NCBI GenBank assembly: GCA_965221125.1
Contig: CBDCRW010000005.1
Span: forward strand, 700,419-764,418
Length of the DNA: 64,000 bases
Direction: 5' to 3'
Origin: Alphaproteobacteria bacterium
GTDB lineage: Bacteria > Pseudomonadota > Alphaproteobacteria > UBA828
Made by a program: the position numbers and the translations under genes. Below the pieces are notes generated by a model. The model had not been told where the DNA came from and did no database searches. It was given only the letters and a program-made list of their open reading frames with translations. Below are positions 1 to 10,069 of the stretch, in pieces; the first letter of the stretch is position 1, and each line of letters opens with the position of its first letter.

Positions 1-2
1 AT

Positions 3-1337
3 CCGCTGGTGGGCAGCGGCATGCTGCTCCTCATCTTCGCCGCGACCATCCTGGGCGGGACGCGAATCGGCGGCGGCGAGGGCGGCTGCCTCGGCACCGT
101 GTTCGCGGCGTTCACGCTGATGCTGATCTCGAACGTGCTGATCGTGCTCAACTGGTCGCCCAACGTCATGCCGATCACGGAAGCCGTAATCCTGCTGCTG
201 GCGGTGATCGGCGCCTCCATCGGCCGCGACACGTCCTTGGCCGAGTACTGGCGGGTGACCGGCCTCAAGATATCGGGGCTCCGGCACCGGAGCCTCCCCT
301 CCTTCCACGGCAGCGCGCGGGCCAACGCGGGCAAGCTCGCCACGAGCTGGACCCCGCGGCCGAGCGACGAGCTGAAGGGGCCGCAGCTCTGGCAATGGAC
401 GACGAAGAACTGGGACGTGCTCCGCCTGATGGTGCCGGCGTGGACACTGCTGGTCGTGGTCTACATCCTCGTGGTCGCGGTGATCGGCGGCGAGAGCGTG
501 AGCGTCCACTACCTCAACTCGCTGCTGACGCTGGCGCTCTTCCTCGCCGTGCTCGGTCTCGGCCAGGGCGCGGTGGTGCTCACCGGCGGGCTCGACCTCT
601 CGGTGCCGCACACATTAGCCTTCACCGGCGTGGTGCTGGCGGCCGTCTGCAACGGGATGGACGCGCCGGCCTACTGGGCGGTGCCGATGGTGCTGGCGAT
701 CGGCATCGGCGTCGGCCTCTTCAACGGCATCGGCGTGGTGCTCTTCGGCATGCCGGCGATCGTCGTCACGCTCGCCACCAACGGCATCATGCAGGGCGCG
801 GGGCTCCTCTTTACCGGCGGCATTCCCACCGGGCGCTCGCCGCCGGCGCTGGTGTGGTTCTTCACCGAGCGGCTGGCCGGGCTCGCGCCCGCCGCCTGGT
901 TCCTCCTCGCCTTCGCCGGCGTCGCCTACGTCGTGCTGCACCGCACCACCTTCGGCCGGCGCGTCTTCGCGGTCGGCAACAGCGCGCGGGTGGCGCGGCT
1001 CTCGGGCGTGCGCGTCGACTGGACGACGCTCGGCGTCTACGTGCTGAGCGGCTTCTGCTCGGCGCTGGCCGGCGTGCTGATGACCGGCTTCTCCACCGTC
1101 TCCTTCCTCAACATGGGCCAGCGCTTCCTGCTGCCGGCGATCGCCGTCGTGCTGGTGGGCGGCACGCTCGCCATCGGCGGGCGCGGGCACTATCTCGGCA
1201 TATTCGGCGGCGCGCTGCTGCTGACGGCGGTGGGCACGCTGGTCTCGGGCTCGGAGCTTCACTTCGCCTGGCGCGACATCATCTTCGGCATCGTTGTCCT
1301 CGGCGCCGTCCTGACGCTCCGCGAACGTGCGAGTTGA
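3..1337 (+). CDS. Sugar-type ABC transporter permease (RbsC/BPD_transp_2-like), apparently two permease domains fused; 5' end lies outside the window
   Basis: Hydrophobic ORF, open from the window edge. It has two 'LGG..IGGG.G' C-terminal permease motifs, plus 'TGGLDLSV' and 'TTFGRRVFAVGNS..VARLSGV'. Confidence 0.85.
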   Translation, partial: PLVGSGMLLLIFAATILGGTRIGGGEGGCLGTVFAAFTLMLISNVLIVLNWSPNVMPITEAVILLLAVIGASIGRDTSLAEYWRVTGLKISGLRHRSLPSFHGSARANAGKLATSWTPRPSDELKGPQLWQWTTKNWDVLRLMVPAWTLLVVVYILVVAVIGGESVSVHYLNSLLTLALFLAVLGLGQGAVVLTGGLDLSVPHTLAFTGVVLAAVCNGMDAPAYWAVPMVLAIGIGVGLFNGIGVVLFGMPAIVVTLATNGIMQGAGLLFTGGIPTGRSPPALVWFFTERLAGLAPAAWFLLAFAGVAYVVLHRTTFGRRVFAVGNSARVARLSGVRVDWTTLGVYVLSGFCSALAGVLMTGFSTVSFLNMGQRFLLPAIAVVLVGGTLAIGGRGHYLGIFGGALLLTAVGTLVSGSELHFAWRDIIFGIVVLGAVLTLRERAS

Positions 1338-1449
1338 CCGGGTAGACCGTGCCCGGCTTGCGGCGCCTGGGGCGCGCGGGTAGCCTCTCGCCCGCACGCG
1401 CGAGCGGGCTGACGCTCCGCGCTGCACAGTGATCGTAAGCCCGGTGCCC

Positions 1450-2811
1450 ATGCAGAAACTCCTGATCGCGAACCGGGGCGAGATAGCCTGCCGGATCATG
1501 CGGAGCGCGCGCTCGCTCGGTATCGCGACGGTCGCGGTCTATTCCGAGGCCGACGCCGACGCCCGTCACGTGGCCCAGGCCGACGAGGCGCTCCCCATCG
1601 GGCCGGCGGCCGCGAAGGAGAGCTACCTGGTCGCCGACAAGATCATCGCGGCGGCGCGCGAGAGCGGCGCCGATGCGATCCATCCGGGCTACGGCTTCCT
1701 CGCCGAGAACCCCTCTTTCGCGCAGGCGGTGGAGGACGCGGGCCTCGTCTGGGTCGGACCGACGGCGGAGAGCATCGCCGCCATGGGCGACAAGGAGCGC
1801 GCGCGGACCATCGCGCGGGACGCGGGCCTTCCCGTCGTCCCCGGCAGCGCGCGGCTCACGGCGGACGATCTCTCCGGACTCGACGAGATGGCGCAGGCGG
1901 TGGGCTTCCCCCTGCTGGTGAAGGCGTCCGCCGGCGGCGGCGGCATCGGCATGCGGCAGGTGGACGACCCGGCCAAGCTAGCCGACGTGGTCGGCGCGAC
2001 CCAGACCATGGCCGAGCGCGCGTTCGGCGACGGCACGGTCTACCTGGAGAAGCTGGTGCTCCAGCCGCGCCACGTGGAGATCCAGGTCTTCGGGCACGGC
2101 GACGGGCGCGGCTTCCACCTCATGGAGCGCGAGTGCTCGGTGCAGCGGCGCTTCCAGAAGATCGTCGAGGAGGTGCCGTCCCCGGCAGTGGACCCGGCGC
2201 TGCGCGCGCGCATGACCGATGCCGCGCTCGCCCTGGTGGAGCGGGAGCGCTACCGCGGCGCCGGCACGGTCGAGTTCATCCTGGCGCCGGACGGCGCGTT
2301 CTACTTCCTGGAGATGAACACGCGCATCCAGGTCGAGCACCCGGCGACGGAGATGATCACCGGCCTCGACCTGGTGGGCCTGCAGCTCCGCCTCGCGCGG
2401 GGCGAGGACCTGTCGGCACTCGCCGCGCCGGCAGACGGGCCCGACGGCCACGCCATCGAGTGCCGCATCTATGCCGAGAACCCGGACAGGAATTTCCTGC
2501 CCTCGCCCGGCCTGCTGGAGCGCTTCGCGCCGCCGCCGGAGGGAGAGGGCATCCGGCTGGATACCGGCGTGGCCGAGGGCGACCGCATCACGCCCTACTA
2601 CGACCCCATGATCGCCAAGCTCGTGGCCCACGGCGGCGACCGCGCTGCCGCCATCGACAAGATGCTGACGGCCCTCGGCGAATTCCGTATAGAGGGGATC
2701 GTCACCAACATCGACTTCCTGCGCCGGGTTGTCGACCACGACGCCTTCCGCGCCGGCCGCACGCACACCGGCTTCGTGGACGAGCATCGGTCGGACCTGA
2801 TGGCCGCCTGA
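1450..2811 (+). CDS. Biotin carboxylase (ATP-grasp) subunit
   Basis: Motifs KLLIANRGEIA, AIHPGYGFLAEN, KASAGGGGIGM, ERECSVQRRFQK, FLEMNTRIQVEHP and YYDPMIAKL; ATG at 1450. Confidence 0.95.
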   Translation: MQKLLIANRGEIACRIMRSARSLGIATVAVYSEADADARHVAQADEALPIGPAAAKESYLVADKIIAAARESGADAIHPGYGFLAENPSFAQAVEDAGLVWVGPTAESIAAMGDKERARTIARDAGLPVVPGSARLTADDLSGLDEMAQAVGFPLLVKASAGGGGIGMRQVDDPAKLADVVGATQTMAERAFGDGTVYLEKLVLQPRHVEIQVFGHGDGRGFHLMERECSVQRRFQKIVEEVPSPAVDPALRARMTDAALALVERERYRGAGTVEFILAPDGAFYFLEMNTRIQVEHPATEMITGLDLVGLQLRLARGEDLSALAAPADGPDGHAIECRIYAENPDRNFLPSPGLLERFAPPPEGEGIRLDTGVAEGDRITPYYDPMIAKLVAHGGDRAAAIDKMLTALGEFRIEGIVTNIDFLRRVVDHDAFRAGRTHTGFVDEHRSDLMAA

Positions 2812-2835
2812 ACGCCGGCTCGAGAAAGCAGCGCC

Positions 2836-3705
2836 ATGATCTACGAAGAAGCCAAATTCCTGCCGGGCGGCGACCGCTACGTGCTGATCGAGTTCGGCAA
2901 CGAGATGAACCTCGAGCTGAACTTCATCGCGCAGGGGCTGGCGGCGCGCATCGTCGCCGACAAGACCAAGGGCATCGTCGAGACCGCGCCCTGCTTCGCC
3001 TCGATGCTGGTCCACTACGAGCCGCGCGATATCTCCTACGACGACGTGGTGAAGGAGCTGAAGGCGCTGATCGCGAGCCTCGGCTCCACCGACGACATCG
3101 AGCTCGACAGCCGGCTCTTCCTGTTCGAGACCATGTATCTCGACCCCTGGACGAAGGAGTGCATCGACGACTACAGCGAGAAGATCACGCCCAAGGAGTA
3201 CGACCCGGACCTGGTGGCGCGGCTCAACGGCCTCGCCGACCGCGACCAGCTCGTCCGCGTCCATTCAAGCTCGGAGTACTGGGTCGCCTCCCTCGGCTTC
3301 TGGCCGGGCCTGCCATTCCTCCAGCCGCTCGACCCGCGGGCGATGATCACGGTGCCCAAGTACAATCCGCCCCGCACATGGACGCCGCAGGGGACGGTCG
3401 GCATGGGGGGGTCCGCGAGCGCGATCTACCCGGTCAACACGCCGGGCGGCTATCAGCTCCTCGGCCGCACGCCGGTGCCGATCTGGGACACCGAGAAGCG
3501 CTTCGACGTCTTCGGCGGGGACATCGTGCTCTTCCAGCCCGGCGACCGGATCAAGTTCGTGCCCGTGACCCAGGAGGGCTACGAGCAGGCGGAAGCGCGG
3601 ATCGAGGACGGCACCTACCTCTACAACGTCGTCGAGTATCAGCGCTTCTCGGTGCACAACTACAAGCTCTGGATCGACAAGCTGGACCAGAGCCAGCGCT
3701 TCTGA
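2836..3705 (+). CDS. Carboxyltransferase/allophanate hydrolase subunit 1-like protein (urea carboxylase CT_C_D / PxpB family)
   Basis: Motifs GDRYVLIEFG, LGFWPGLP, PRTWTPQGTVGMGG, YPVNTPGGYQLLGRTP and PGDRIKF. Confidence 0.85.
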   Translation: MIYEEAKFLPGGDRYVLIEFGNEMNLELNFIAQGLAARIVADKTKGIVETAPCFASMLVHYEPRDISYDDVVKELKALIASLGSTDDIELDSRLFLFETMYLDPWTKECIDDYSEKITPKEYDPDLVARLNGLADRDQLVRVHSSSEYWVASLGFWPGLPFLQPLDPRAMITVPKYNPPRTWTPQGTVGMGGSASAIYPVNTPGGYQLLGRTPVPIWDTEKRFDVFGGDIVLFQPGDRIKFVPVTQEGYEQAEARIEDGTYLYNVVEYQRFSVHNYKLWIDKLDQSQRF

Positions 3706-3727
3706 TCGACCCTGCGGACGACGCGGC

Positions 3728-4645
3728 TTACGGCCCGAGGCTCGCCTTCGGCCCCCGGCCGCCGCCGTGGACCGCCTCCCGGCGCGCGATGTAGAGCCCG
3801 CTCGCCACGATGATGGCCGCGCCCAGCCAGGTCCACAGGTCGACGACCTCGCCGAACCAGAGGAAGCCGACCACCGCCGCGCCGAGCAGCTGGCCGTAGT
3901 CGAACGGGCCCACCACCGAGGCGCGGCCGTACTCGTAGGCCTTGATGACGCAGTAGTGGCCGAAGCCGCCGAACACGCCGAGGCCGATGAAGGCGCCCCA
4001 GTGGGCAAGGCTTGCGGGCCACGTCCAGAAGAAGGGGCCTGCGATCGTGGTTGCCACCAGGGCGACGACGATCGTGTAGATCGCGGTCGTGCGGTAGTCG
4101 TCGTGGGCCGCGAGCTGGCGGGTCTGAATCTGGAAGAGCGCGTAAGCGGCGGCGGCGCCCAGCACCAGCAGGAACGACCAGTGGATGATCTCGCCGCCGG
4201 GGCGAAAGATCACGGCCGCGCCGGCGAAGCCCACCGCGACGGCGGCCCAGCGGCGGGGGCCCACGCGCTCCCCCAGCATCGGCACCGAGAGCGCCACCAC
4301 CATCAGCGGCGCCGTGAAGAAGGCCATCGTGATCGCCGTGAGCGGCACGTGAGAGAGGGCGATGATGTAGAGCACCAGGGCCACGAGCTGCAGCGCCGAG
4401 CGCACGAGCTGCAGGGCAGGCCGGTTGCTGCGCAAGAGACGGATGCCGCCATAGGGCAGGAACAGCGCGAGCATCCACGCCATGTGGACGACGGAGCGCA
4501 TCCACATGATCTGCACGATCGAATAGTCGTTCGTGAGCAGATACTTGACCAGCGCGTTGAGCAGCGGAAAGACGACCACCGCAGTGAGGCACATGAAGAC
4601 GATGCCTCGGATCGAATCGTCGAGGCGCGCGGGCCGGGCGGTCAT
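3728..4645 (-). CDS. DMT/EamA family transporter
   Basis: About 10 TM helices; motifs LGERVGPRRWAAV and AS.VGPFDY.QL. Confidence 0.9.
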   Translation of the reverse strand: MTARPARLDDSIRGIVFMCLTAVVVFPLLNALVKYLLTNDYSIVQIMWMRSVVHMAWMLALFLPYGGIRLLRSNRPALQLVRSALQLVALVLYIIALSHVPLTAITMAFFTAPLMVVALSVPMLGERVGPRRWAAVAVGFAGAAVIFRPGGEIIHWSFLLVLGAAAAYALFQIQTRQLAAHDDYRTTAIYTIVVALVATTIAGPFFWTWPASLAHWGAFIGLGVFGGFGHYCVIKAYEYGRASVVGPFDYGQLLGAAVVGFLWFGEVVDLWTWLGAAIIVASGLYIARREAVHGGGRGPKASLGP

Positions 4646-4698
4646 CAGCTCGTTCTATGGGATCGTTCATGACCGTGCCAGAGCAGGCGCCGGCCGAC

Positions 4699-5592
4699 TC
4701 AGGCCGCCGTTCGCCTCAGGCGCGCTTCCCGGTGGGCGATGTAGAGGCCGCTCGCGATGATCACGGCGGCGCCCACCCAGGTCCAGGTGTCGGGGATCTC
4801 GCCGAAGAGCAGAAAGCCGAAGAGGCTCGCGCCCACGAGCTGGCTGTAGTCGAAGGGGCCGACCAGCGAGGCTTCGGCGTACTGATAGGCCTTGATGATG
4901 AAGTAGTGGGCGAGCCCGCCGACGATGCCGAGCGATATGAACAGCAGCCAGTCCGCCGTGCTGCGCGGCGTCTCCCAGAAGAACGGCACCGCGACCGTGG
5001 CCACGATGAAGGCGGCGAGGATGGTGTAGACCGCCGTCGTGCGCGGGTCGTCGTAGCCCGCGAGCTTGCGCGTCTGGATCTGATAGATGGCGTAGAAGAA
5101 CGCGCCGCCGAGGACGAGCAGCGCGCCCCAGTGCACCACGTCGGCGCCGGGGCGGAGCACGATGAGCACGCCCGCGAAGCCGACGAAGACCGCCGCCCAG
5201 CGGCGCGGCCCCACCCGCTCGCCGAGGAAGGGCACCGATAGCGCCACCAGCATCAGCGGGCCGGTGAAGAGCACCATGGTGACGGTGGTGATCGGCGTCC
5301 AGAAGAGCGCGACCCAGATCAGCGTGAAGGTGACGAGCTGGGTGAGCGAGCGGATCGACTGCAGCCACGGGCGCCGGCTCGCGAAGAGCCTCGGTCCCAT
5401 CGCCGGCATGAAGAGCGCCACCATCAAGCCCAGGTGCACGACGCAGCGGAACCAAATGATCTGCGCCATGTGGTAGTCGGCGATGAGCAGCTTCACGAGG
5501 GCGTTGAGCCCCGGCAGCCCGAAGCCCGCGGCCACGCACATGTAGAGCACGCCCACCAGCGGCGCGGCGGACTGGGATCGCGGGGAAACCAT
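4699..5592 (-). CDS. DMT/EamA family transporter, paralogue of the neighbouring gene
   Basis: Same motifs (LGERVGPRRWAAV, ASLVGPFDYSQL). Start at 5592 chosen; 5628 is the alternative. Confidence 0.9.
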   Translation of the reverse strand: MVSPRSQSAAPLVGVLYMCVAAGFGLPGLNALVKLLIADYHMAQIIWFRCVVHLGLMVALFMPAMGPRLFASRRPWLQSIRSLTQLVTFTLIWVALFWTPITTVTMVLFTGPLMLVALSVPFLGERVGPRRWAAVFVGFAGVLIVLRPGADVVHWGALLVLGGAFFYAIYQIQTRKLAGYDDPRTTAVYTILAAFIVATVAVPFFWETPRSTADWLLFISLGIVGGLAHYFIIKAYQYAEASLVGPFDYSQLVGASLFGFLLFGEIPDTWTWVGAAVIIASGLYIAHREARLRRTAA

Positions 5593-5642
5593 GCGGCACT
5601 TGTAGGCGCCCCGGCATGGGAAGGCCATGCCGGGAGAAGTGG

Positions 5643-7265
5643 TTAGGTGTTGGCAGGCGCCTCGGCCTGGAGCGGCGGCTTGCCGAGGATCATGTCGGCC
5701 GCCTTCTCCGCGATCATGATGGTGGGCGCCGCGGTGTTGCTGCTGGTGATCAGCGGCATGACGGAGGCGTCGACGACCCTCAAACCCTCAGCCCCGCGCA
5801 GCCGCAGCTGCTCGTCCACCACGGCGCTCTCGTCCCGGCCCATGCGGCAGGTGCCGACAGGATGCCAGACGGTGGTGAGGTTGGCCCTGATCCAGGCGTC
5901 GATCTCGTCGTCGCTTTGCGCGTCCTCGCCGGGCGCGATCTCGTGGCCGCGGTAGGGGTCGAACGGCGCCTGGGCCATGATCCGCCGCGCGAAGCGGACC
6001 GCGTCTCGCATCACCCGCCGGTCGGTCTCGGCGCTGAGCGTGTTGGCGTGGATCGCCGGCGGCAGGCTCGCGTCCGCCGCGGTGACGCGGATCTCGCCCC
6101 GGCTCTCGGGCCGGAGCTGATAGCAGTGGGTGAGGAAGCCGTGCCGCCCCTGCTTTTTGCGGGTCACGTCCAGGGTGAGGCCGGGGATGAAGGTGACCTG
6201 CAGATCGGGCGCGTCCAGCCCCTCGCGGCTCCGCGCGAAGCCGCCGGCCTCCAGCGCGATCGAGGTGCCGGGGCCGGTGCCGAAGAGGTAGGCGCCCAGG
6301 CAGGCGAGCGCCGCGCGGTCCGGCCTGAGCAGGCCGTAGAGCGCGACCGGCTGCGTACACGCGTTCTGTACGTAGACGCCAGCGTGGTCCTGCAGGTTGC
6401 GGCCCACGTCCGGGCTTTCCAGAACCACGTCGATGCCGAGGGAGTTCAAATGCTCCGGCGCGCCGATGCCCGAGAGCTGCAGCACCTGGGGCGAGTTGAT
6501 CGTGCCGGCCGAGAGGATCACTTCGCGCCGCGCGCGGATCTCGTGCCGCCGCCCGCCCCGGCGGTAGGCGACGCCGACGCAGCGCCGGCCCTCGAACAGC
6601 AGCCGCTCCACGTGGGCCCGCAGCACCACGCGCAGGTTCGGCCGCTCGCGCACCGGCAGGATGAAGGCATGGCCCGTGTTCACCCGCCGCCCCTTATCGA
6701 CGCAAAAGTCCTGCCGGCCGACGCCTTCCTGCACCGCGCCGTTGAAATCGTCGTTGCGCGGCAGGCCCATCGCCGCGCAGGCCTCGAGGAAGACGCCGTA
6801 GAGCGGGTTCTTCGACTGGGCGCGGTTGACGCGGAGCGGGCCGTCGGTGCCGTGATAGGCGTCGCGGCGCGAGCCGTGGCCCTCCGCCCGCTTGAAGTAG
6901 GGCAGCACGCTCTCGTAATCCCAGCCGTCGAGGCCGAGCTGGCGCCAGCCGTCGTAGTCCCGGCGGTTGCCGCGCATGTACATCATGCCGTTGATCGCGG
7001 ACGTGCCGCCCAGCACCTTGCCGCGCGGCCAGGGGATGCGGCGCCCGTCGAGATGGGGTTCGGGCTCGGTCTCGTAGCTCCAGTTGATCGAGCGCATGAA
7101 GTAGACGAGCCCCGCCATCAGCGGGATGTGGATGAAGGGATGGCGCGCCTCGCCGCCGGCCTCCAGCAGCGCGACGCTGGCCTCAGGCTCGGCCGAGAGC
7201 CGGTTGGCCAGCACGCAGCCGGCGGTGCCGCCGCCGATCACGACGAAATCATGCTCGTCCGCCAT
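5643..7265 (-). CDS. GMC family FAD oxidoreductase (choline dehydrogenase-like)
   Basis: Motifs GGGTAGCVLANRLS, RGKVLGGTSAINGM, WHPVGTCRMG, VVDASVMP and TIMIAEKAADMI. Confidence 0.93.
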   Translation of the reverse strand: MADEHDFVVIGGGTAGCVLANRLSAEPEASVALLEAGGEARHPFIHIPLMAGLVYFMRSINWSYETEPEPHLDGRRIPWPRGKVLGGTSAINGMMYMRGNRRDYDGWRQLGLDGWDYESVLPYFKRAEGHGSRRDAYHGTDGPLRVNRAQSKNPLYGVFLEACAAMGLPRNDDFNGAVQEGVGRQDFCVDKGRRVNTGHAFILPVRERPNLRVVLRAHVERLLFEGRRCVGVAYRRGGRRHEIRARREVILSAGTINSPQVLQLSGIGAPEHLNSLGIDVVLESPDVGRNLQDHAGVYVQNACTQPVALYGLLRPDRAALACLGAYLFGTGPGTSIALEAGGFARSREGLDAPDLQVTFIPGLTLDVTRKKQGRHGFLTHCYQLRPESRGEIRVTAADASLPPAIHANTLSAETDRRVMRDAVRFARRIMAQAPFDPYRGHEIAPGEDAQSDDEIDAWIRANLTTVWHPVGTCRMGRDESAVVDEQLRLRGAEGLRVVDASVMPLITSSNTAAPTIMIAEKAADMILGKPPLQAEAPANT

Positions 7266-7335
7266 GCTCCCCCCTGCATCGTGGCGGAGTGTGTCTTAGA
7301 CTGCGCCGCCCGCAACCGCCAGCACGGATCCCGCC

Positions 7336-9291
7336 ATGGCCCTCGACACCCTGTTCAGCCCCATCACGGTGGGCGGCCGCGAACTGCGCAACCGCATCGT
7401 TCACGCCGCGACCGTCACCGGGCTCGGCCGGGACCGCGCCGTGACCGACCGCCTCATCGCCTACCACGCGGCGCGGGCGCGCGGCGGCACCGCGATGATC
7501 GTGACCGAGCTGATGAACGTCCATCCGACCAGCACCGGCGCGCCGATCCTGGTGAGCATCCACGACGAGGCCAATCTGGGTGGGCTCGCGCGCTGGGCCG
7601 AGGCGGTCGAGCGCCACGGCTGCCGGCTGGTGGGCCAGCTCGGCCATATCGGCCGCCAGCAGCTCTGGGGCCTCGATTCCGTGCCGCGCAGCGCGTCCTC
7701 GCAGCCGGAGGCGCTCTACTGGAACTCGGCCCGCCCGCTCGCCGAGGACGAGATCGCGGGCGTCGTCGCGGGCTATGCGGAGAGCGCGGAGCGGCTGAAG
7801 CGCGCGGGCTTCAGCGGGGTCGAGCTGCACGGGGCGCACGGCTACCTGATCGCGCAGTTCCTCTCGCCCGCCTGCAACGACCGGACGGACGGCTACGGCG
7901 GCAGCTTGGAGGGCCGCACCCGCTTCATGCGGGAAGCGATGGCGGCGGTCCGCGCAGCCTGCGGCGAGGACTTCATCGTCGGCATCAAGCTGCCGGCCGA
8001 CGAGCGCGTGCCGGGCGGCATCGACCCGGACGAGGCCGAGCGCATCGCCCACGCGGCGGCGGCCGAAGGCGTGCTCGACTACCTCTCCTTCAGCCAGGGC
8101 GCGTTCGGGCCCGCCTTCGACACCCACTTGCCGGACATGCACTACCCGCCCCGGCCCTTTCTGCCGCTCCACGCGCGGCTCCGCGCAGCCGCCGGCGGGC
8201 TCCCGGTGATCGGCCTTGGCCGGATCGAATCGGCGGAAGCGGCGGAGGCGGCGCTGGCCGAGGGCGCCTGCGACATGGTGGGCGTCAGCCGCCTGCTGAT
8301 CTCGGACGCCGACTGGCCGCGCAAGACGCAGGCCGGCCGCGCCGGCGACGTCCGCGCCTGCACCTTCTGCAACTATTGCTGGGGCGAGATTCATGCAGGA
8401 AAACCCATCCGCTGCTTCCAGAACCCCGTGCTGGGCAGCGCCGACGAGTCCGGCTGGCGGCCGCCGCCGGCCGATGCGCGGAAACGCGTGGCCGTGGTGG
8501 GCGCCGGGCTCGCAGGGCTGGAGGCCGCGTGGATCGCGGCGGCGCGGGGCCACGCGGTCACCGTCTTCTCGGCCAGCGCCGAGGCCGGCGGCGCAGCGCG
8601 CCTCGAAGCCAGCCTGCCGGGCCGGGCCGACGTGGCGAAGACCGCCGCGTTCCAGTTGAGAAAGGCAGCGGAGGCCGGCGCCGCGTTCCGCTGGGGCGAG
8701 ACCGCCACGGCGGCGGCCGTGATGGCCTGCGAGCCGGACGCGGTGATCCTCGCCACCGGCTCCCGCATGCGCCGGCCGCCGGCGCTGGCGGAGAGCGCCG
8801 AGGCCGTCGACTTGCGCAGCGCCGTCGCGGCTCTGGTCGAGAGCGATGCCCCGCCGTCGCCTGGCACGGCCGTGCTGCTCGACATGGATCAGACGCCCGC
8901 CGTTTACGGCGCGGTGGAGCTGCTGGCGGAGCGCTTCGCCCGCGTCGTGCTGCTGACGCCTGCGCCGGAGAACGCCCGCTTCGTCAACCTGATGTCGCGC
9001 ATGGGCGTGGAGCGCAGGCTGGCACTCCTCGGCATCGACGTGCGCCGGCTTACGGAGCCGGTGGCACGCGCAGGCGAGCGCGTCACCTGCCGCCACGTCA
9101 TCACCGGCGCCGAGACGACGATCGAGGACGTTGCGCTGCTGACTTACGCCACGCCACGGGCTGCGCGGGACGACCTGGCTGACGATCTCGCGGAGGCCGG
9201 GGTTCCGGTCACGCTGATCGGTGATTGCCTGCTGCCCCGCGACGCCGCCTCCGCCATCCACGACGGCCACCGCGCCGCGCTGGCGCTATAA
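7336..9291 (+). CDS. NADH:flavin oxidoreductase (OYE / 2,4-dienoyl-CoA reductase-like) with Fe-S and FAD domains
   Basis: Motifs GVELHGAHGYLIAQFLSP..N.RTDGYGGS, CTFCNYC...C and VVGAGLAGLEAA. Confidence 0.9.
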   Translation: MALDTLFSPITVGGRELRNRIVHAATVTGLGRDRAVTDRLIAYHAARARGGTAMIVTELMNVHPTSTGAPILVSIHDEANLGGLARWAEAVERHGCRLVGQLGHIGRQQLWGLDSVPRSASSQPEALYWNSARPLAEDEIAGVVAGYAESAERLKRAGFSGVELHGAHGYLIAQFLSPACNDRTDGYGGSLEGRTRFMREAMAAVRAACGEDFIVGIKLPADERVPGGIDPDEAERIAHAAAAEGVLDYLSFSQGAFGPAFDTHLPDMHYPPRPFLPLHARLRAAAGGLPVIGLGRIESAEAAEAALAEGACDMVGVSRLLISDADWPRKTQAGRAGDVRACTFCNYCWGEIHAGKPIRCFQNPVLGSADESGWRPPPADARKRVAVVGAGLAGLEAAWIAAARGHAVTVFSASAEAGGAARLEASLPGRADVAKTAAFQLRKAAEAGAAFRWGETATAAAVMACEPDAVILATGSRMRRPPALAESAEAVDLRSAVAALVESDAPPSPGTAVLLDMDQTPAVYGAVELLAERFARVVLLTPAPENARFVNLMSRMGVERRLALLGIDVRRLTEPVARAGERVTCRHVITGAETTIEDVALLTYATPRAARDDLADDLAEAGVPVTLIGDCLLPRDAASAIHDGHRAALAL

Positions 9292-9313
9292 GGTGGAGTG
9301 TGGAGAAACGCTT

Positions 9314-9958
9314 TCAGGAGATGTCTTCGAAGGTGAATGTAAACCCGTAACGCTTGAGCGCGACCATGGGTATCATGCGAGCAGCGTAAAGTGTTTTTTC
9401 CGTAAAGTCGCGAGCGATCAGCAATCCGCGGATATTTCCCGTTTCCTCTTCTTGCAGTGCGCCCATGTAGGCCGCCAGTTGGCTGACAGCCCTATCATTT
9501 GCCGTACCAGCCTTCAGTTCGATTACCCACCATGCGTCATTGGAATCGCGGGCAAGAATGTCTATCCGTCCAGTCGCGACCGATCGCTCTGAACCGTTGT
9601 CTGCAATCCTCAGGCCCGGTGCAAGCTGACCCAAGTTATCGCGGAGCGAGCGCTGCAGGTCGGCTTCAAGTGAAAATCCATCTGTCTCCGGGGCGGTGTC
9701 CTCATTGAGTTCACCGCTTATCTCCTCATAATCGCCATTCTCGCGAAGGAATTCTCGATAGCGGTTCACGGCTGAGCGATGCCAACTCTTGAGACCGTCA
9801 GGCAGTGATCGGTCGGCATCGTGGGCAAGGTAGTCATCAAGATCCTCGCCGATCGCTCGTTCCGCAGTGCGTGCGTCTGACAGTTGGGTTGAGGCAGTAC
9901 TCTTGTTTGGATAACGACTATACAAGTAGTTCCTAAAAGCTTGCTCCTGCACTGTCAT
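9314..9958 (-). CDS. NucS/EndoMS C-terminal-like PD-(D/E)XK endonuclease domain protein
   Basis: LEADLQ, GRIDILARD, VIELKAG and QLAAYMG motifs; AAGGAGG RBS upstream of ATG 9958; lower GC than its neighbours. Confidence 0.75.
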   Translation of the reverse strand: MTVQEQAFRNYLYSRYPNKSTASTQLSDARTAERAIGEDLDDYLAHDADRSLPDGLKSWHRSAVNRYREFLRENGDYEEISGELNEDTAPETDGFSLEADLQRSLRDNLGQLAPGLRIADNGSERSVATGRIDILARDSNDAWWVIELKAGTANDRAVSQLAAYMGALQEEETGNIRGLLIARDFTEKTLYAARMIPMVALKRYGFTFTFEDIS

Positions 9959-10069
9959 AACCTCCTTGAGGCGGCAAACAACGAGCACTCCGCGTATACC
10001 TGCAAATGCGAGCTTCGGGAAGAGTAGCGAGACTGTAACGAGCCGGCAGAGGAGCGAGTGTGACTGGTC

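Noticed and set aside
5616-9182. 1188-aa plus-strand ORF, and similar long overlapping ORFs such as 14708-17920 and 43738-46548
   Set aside because: They overlap well-supported genes in other frames or strands; stop codons are scarce at this GC content.
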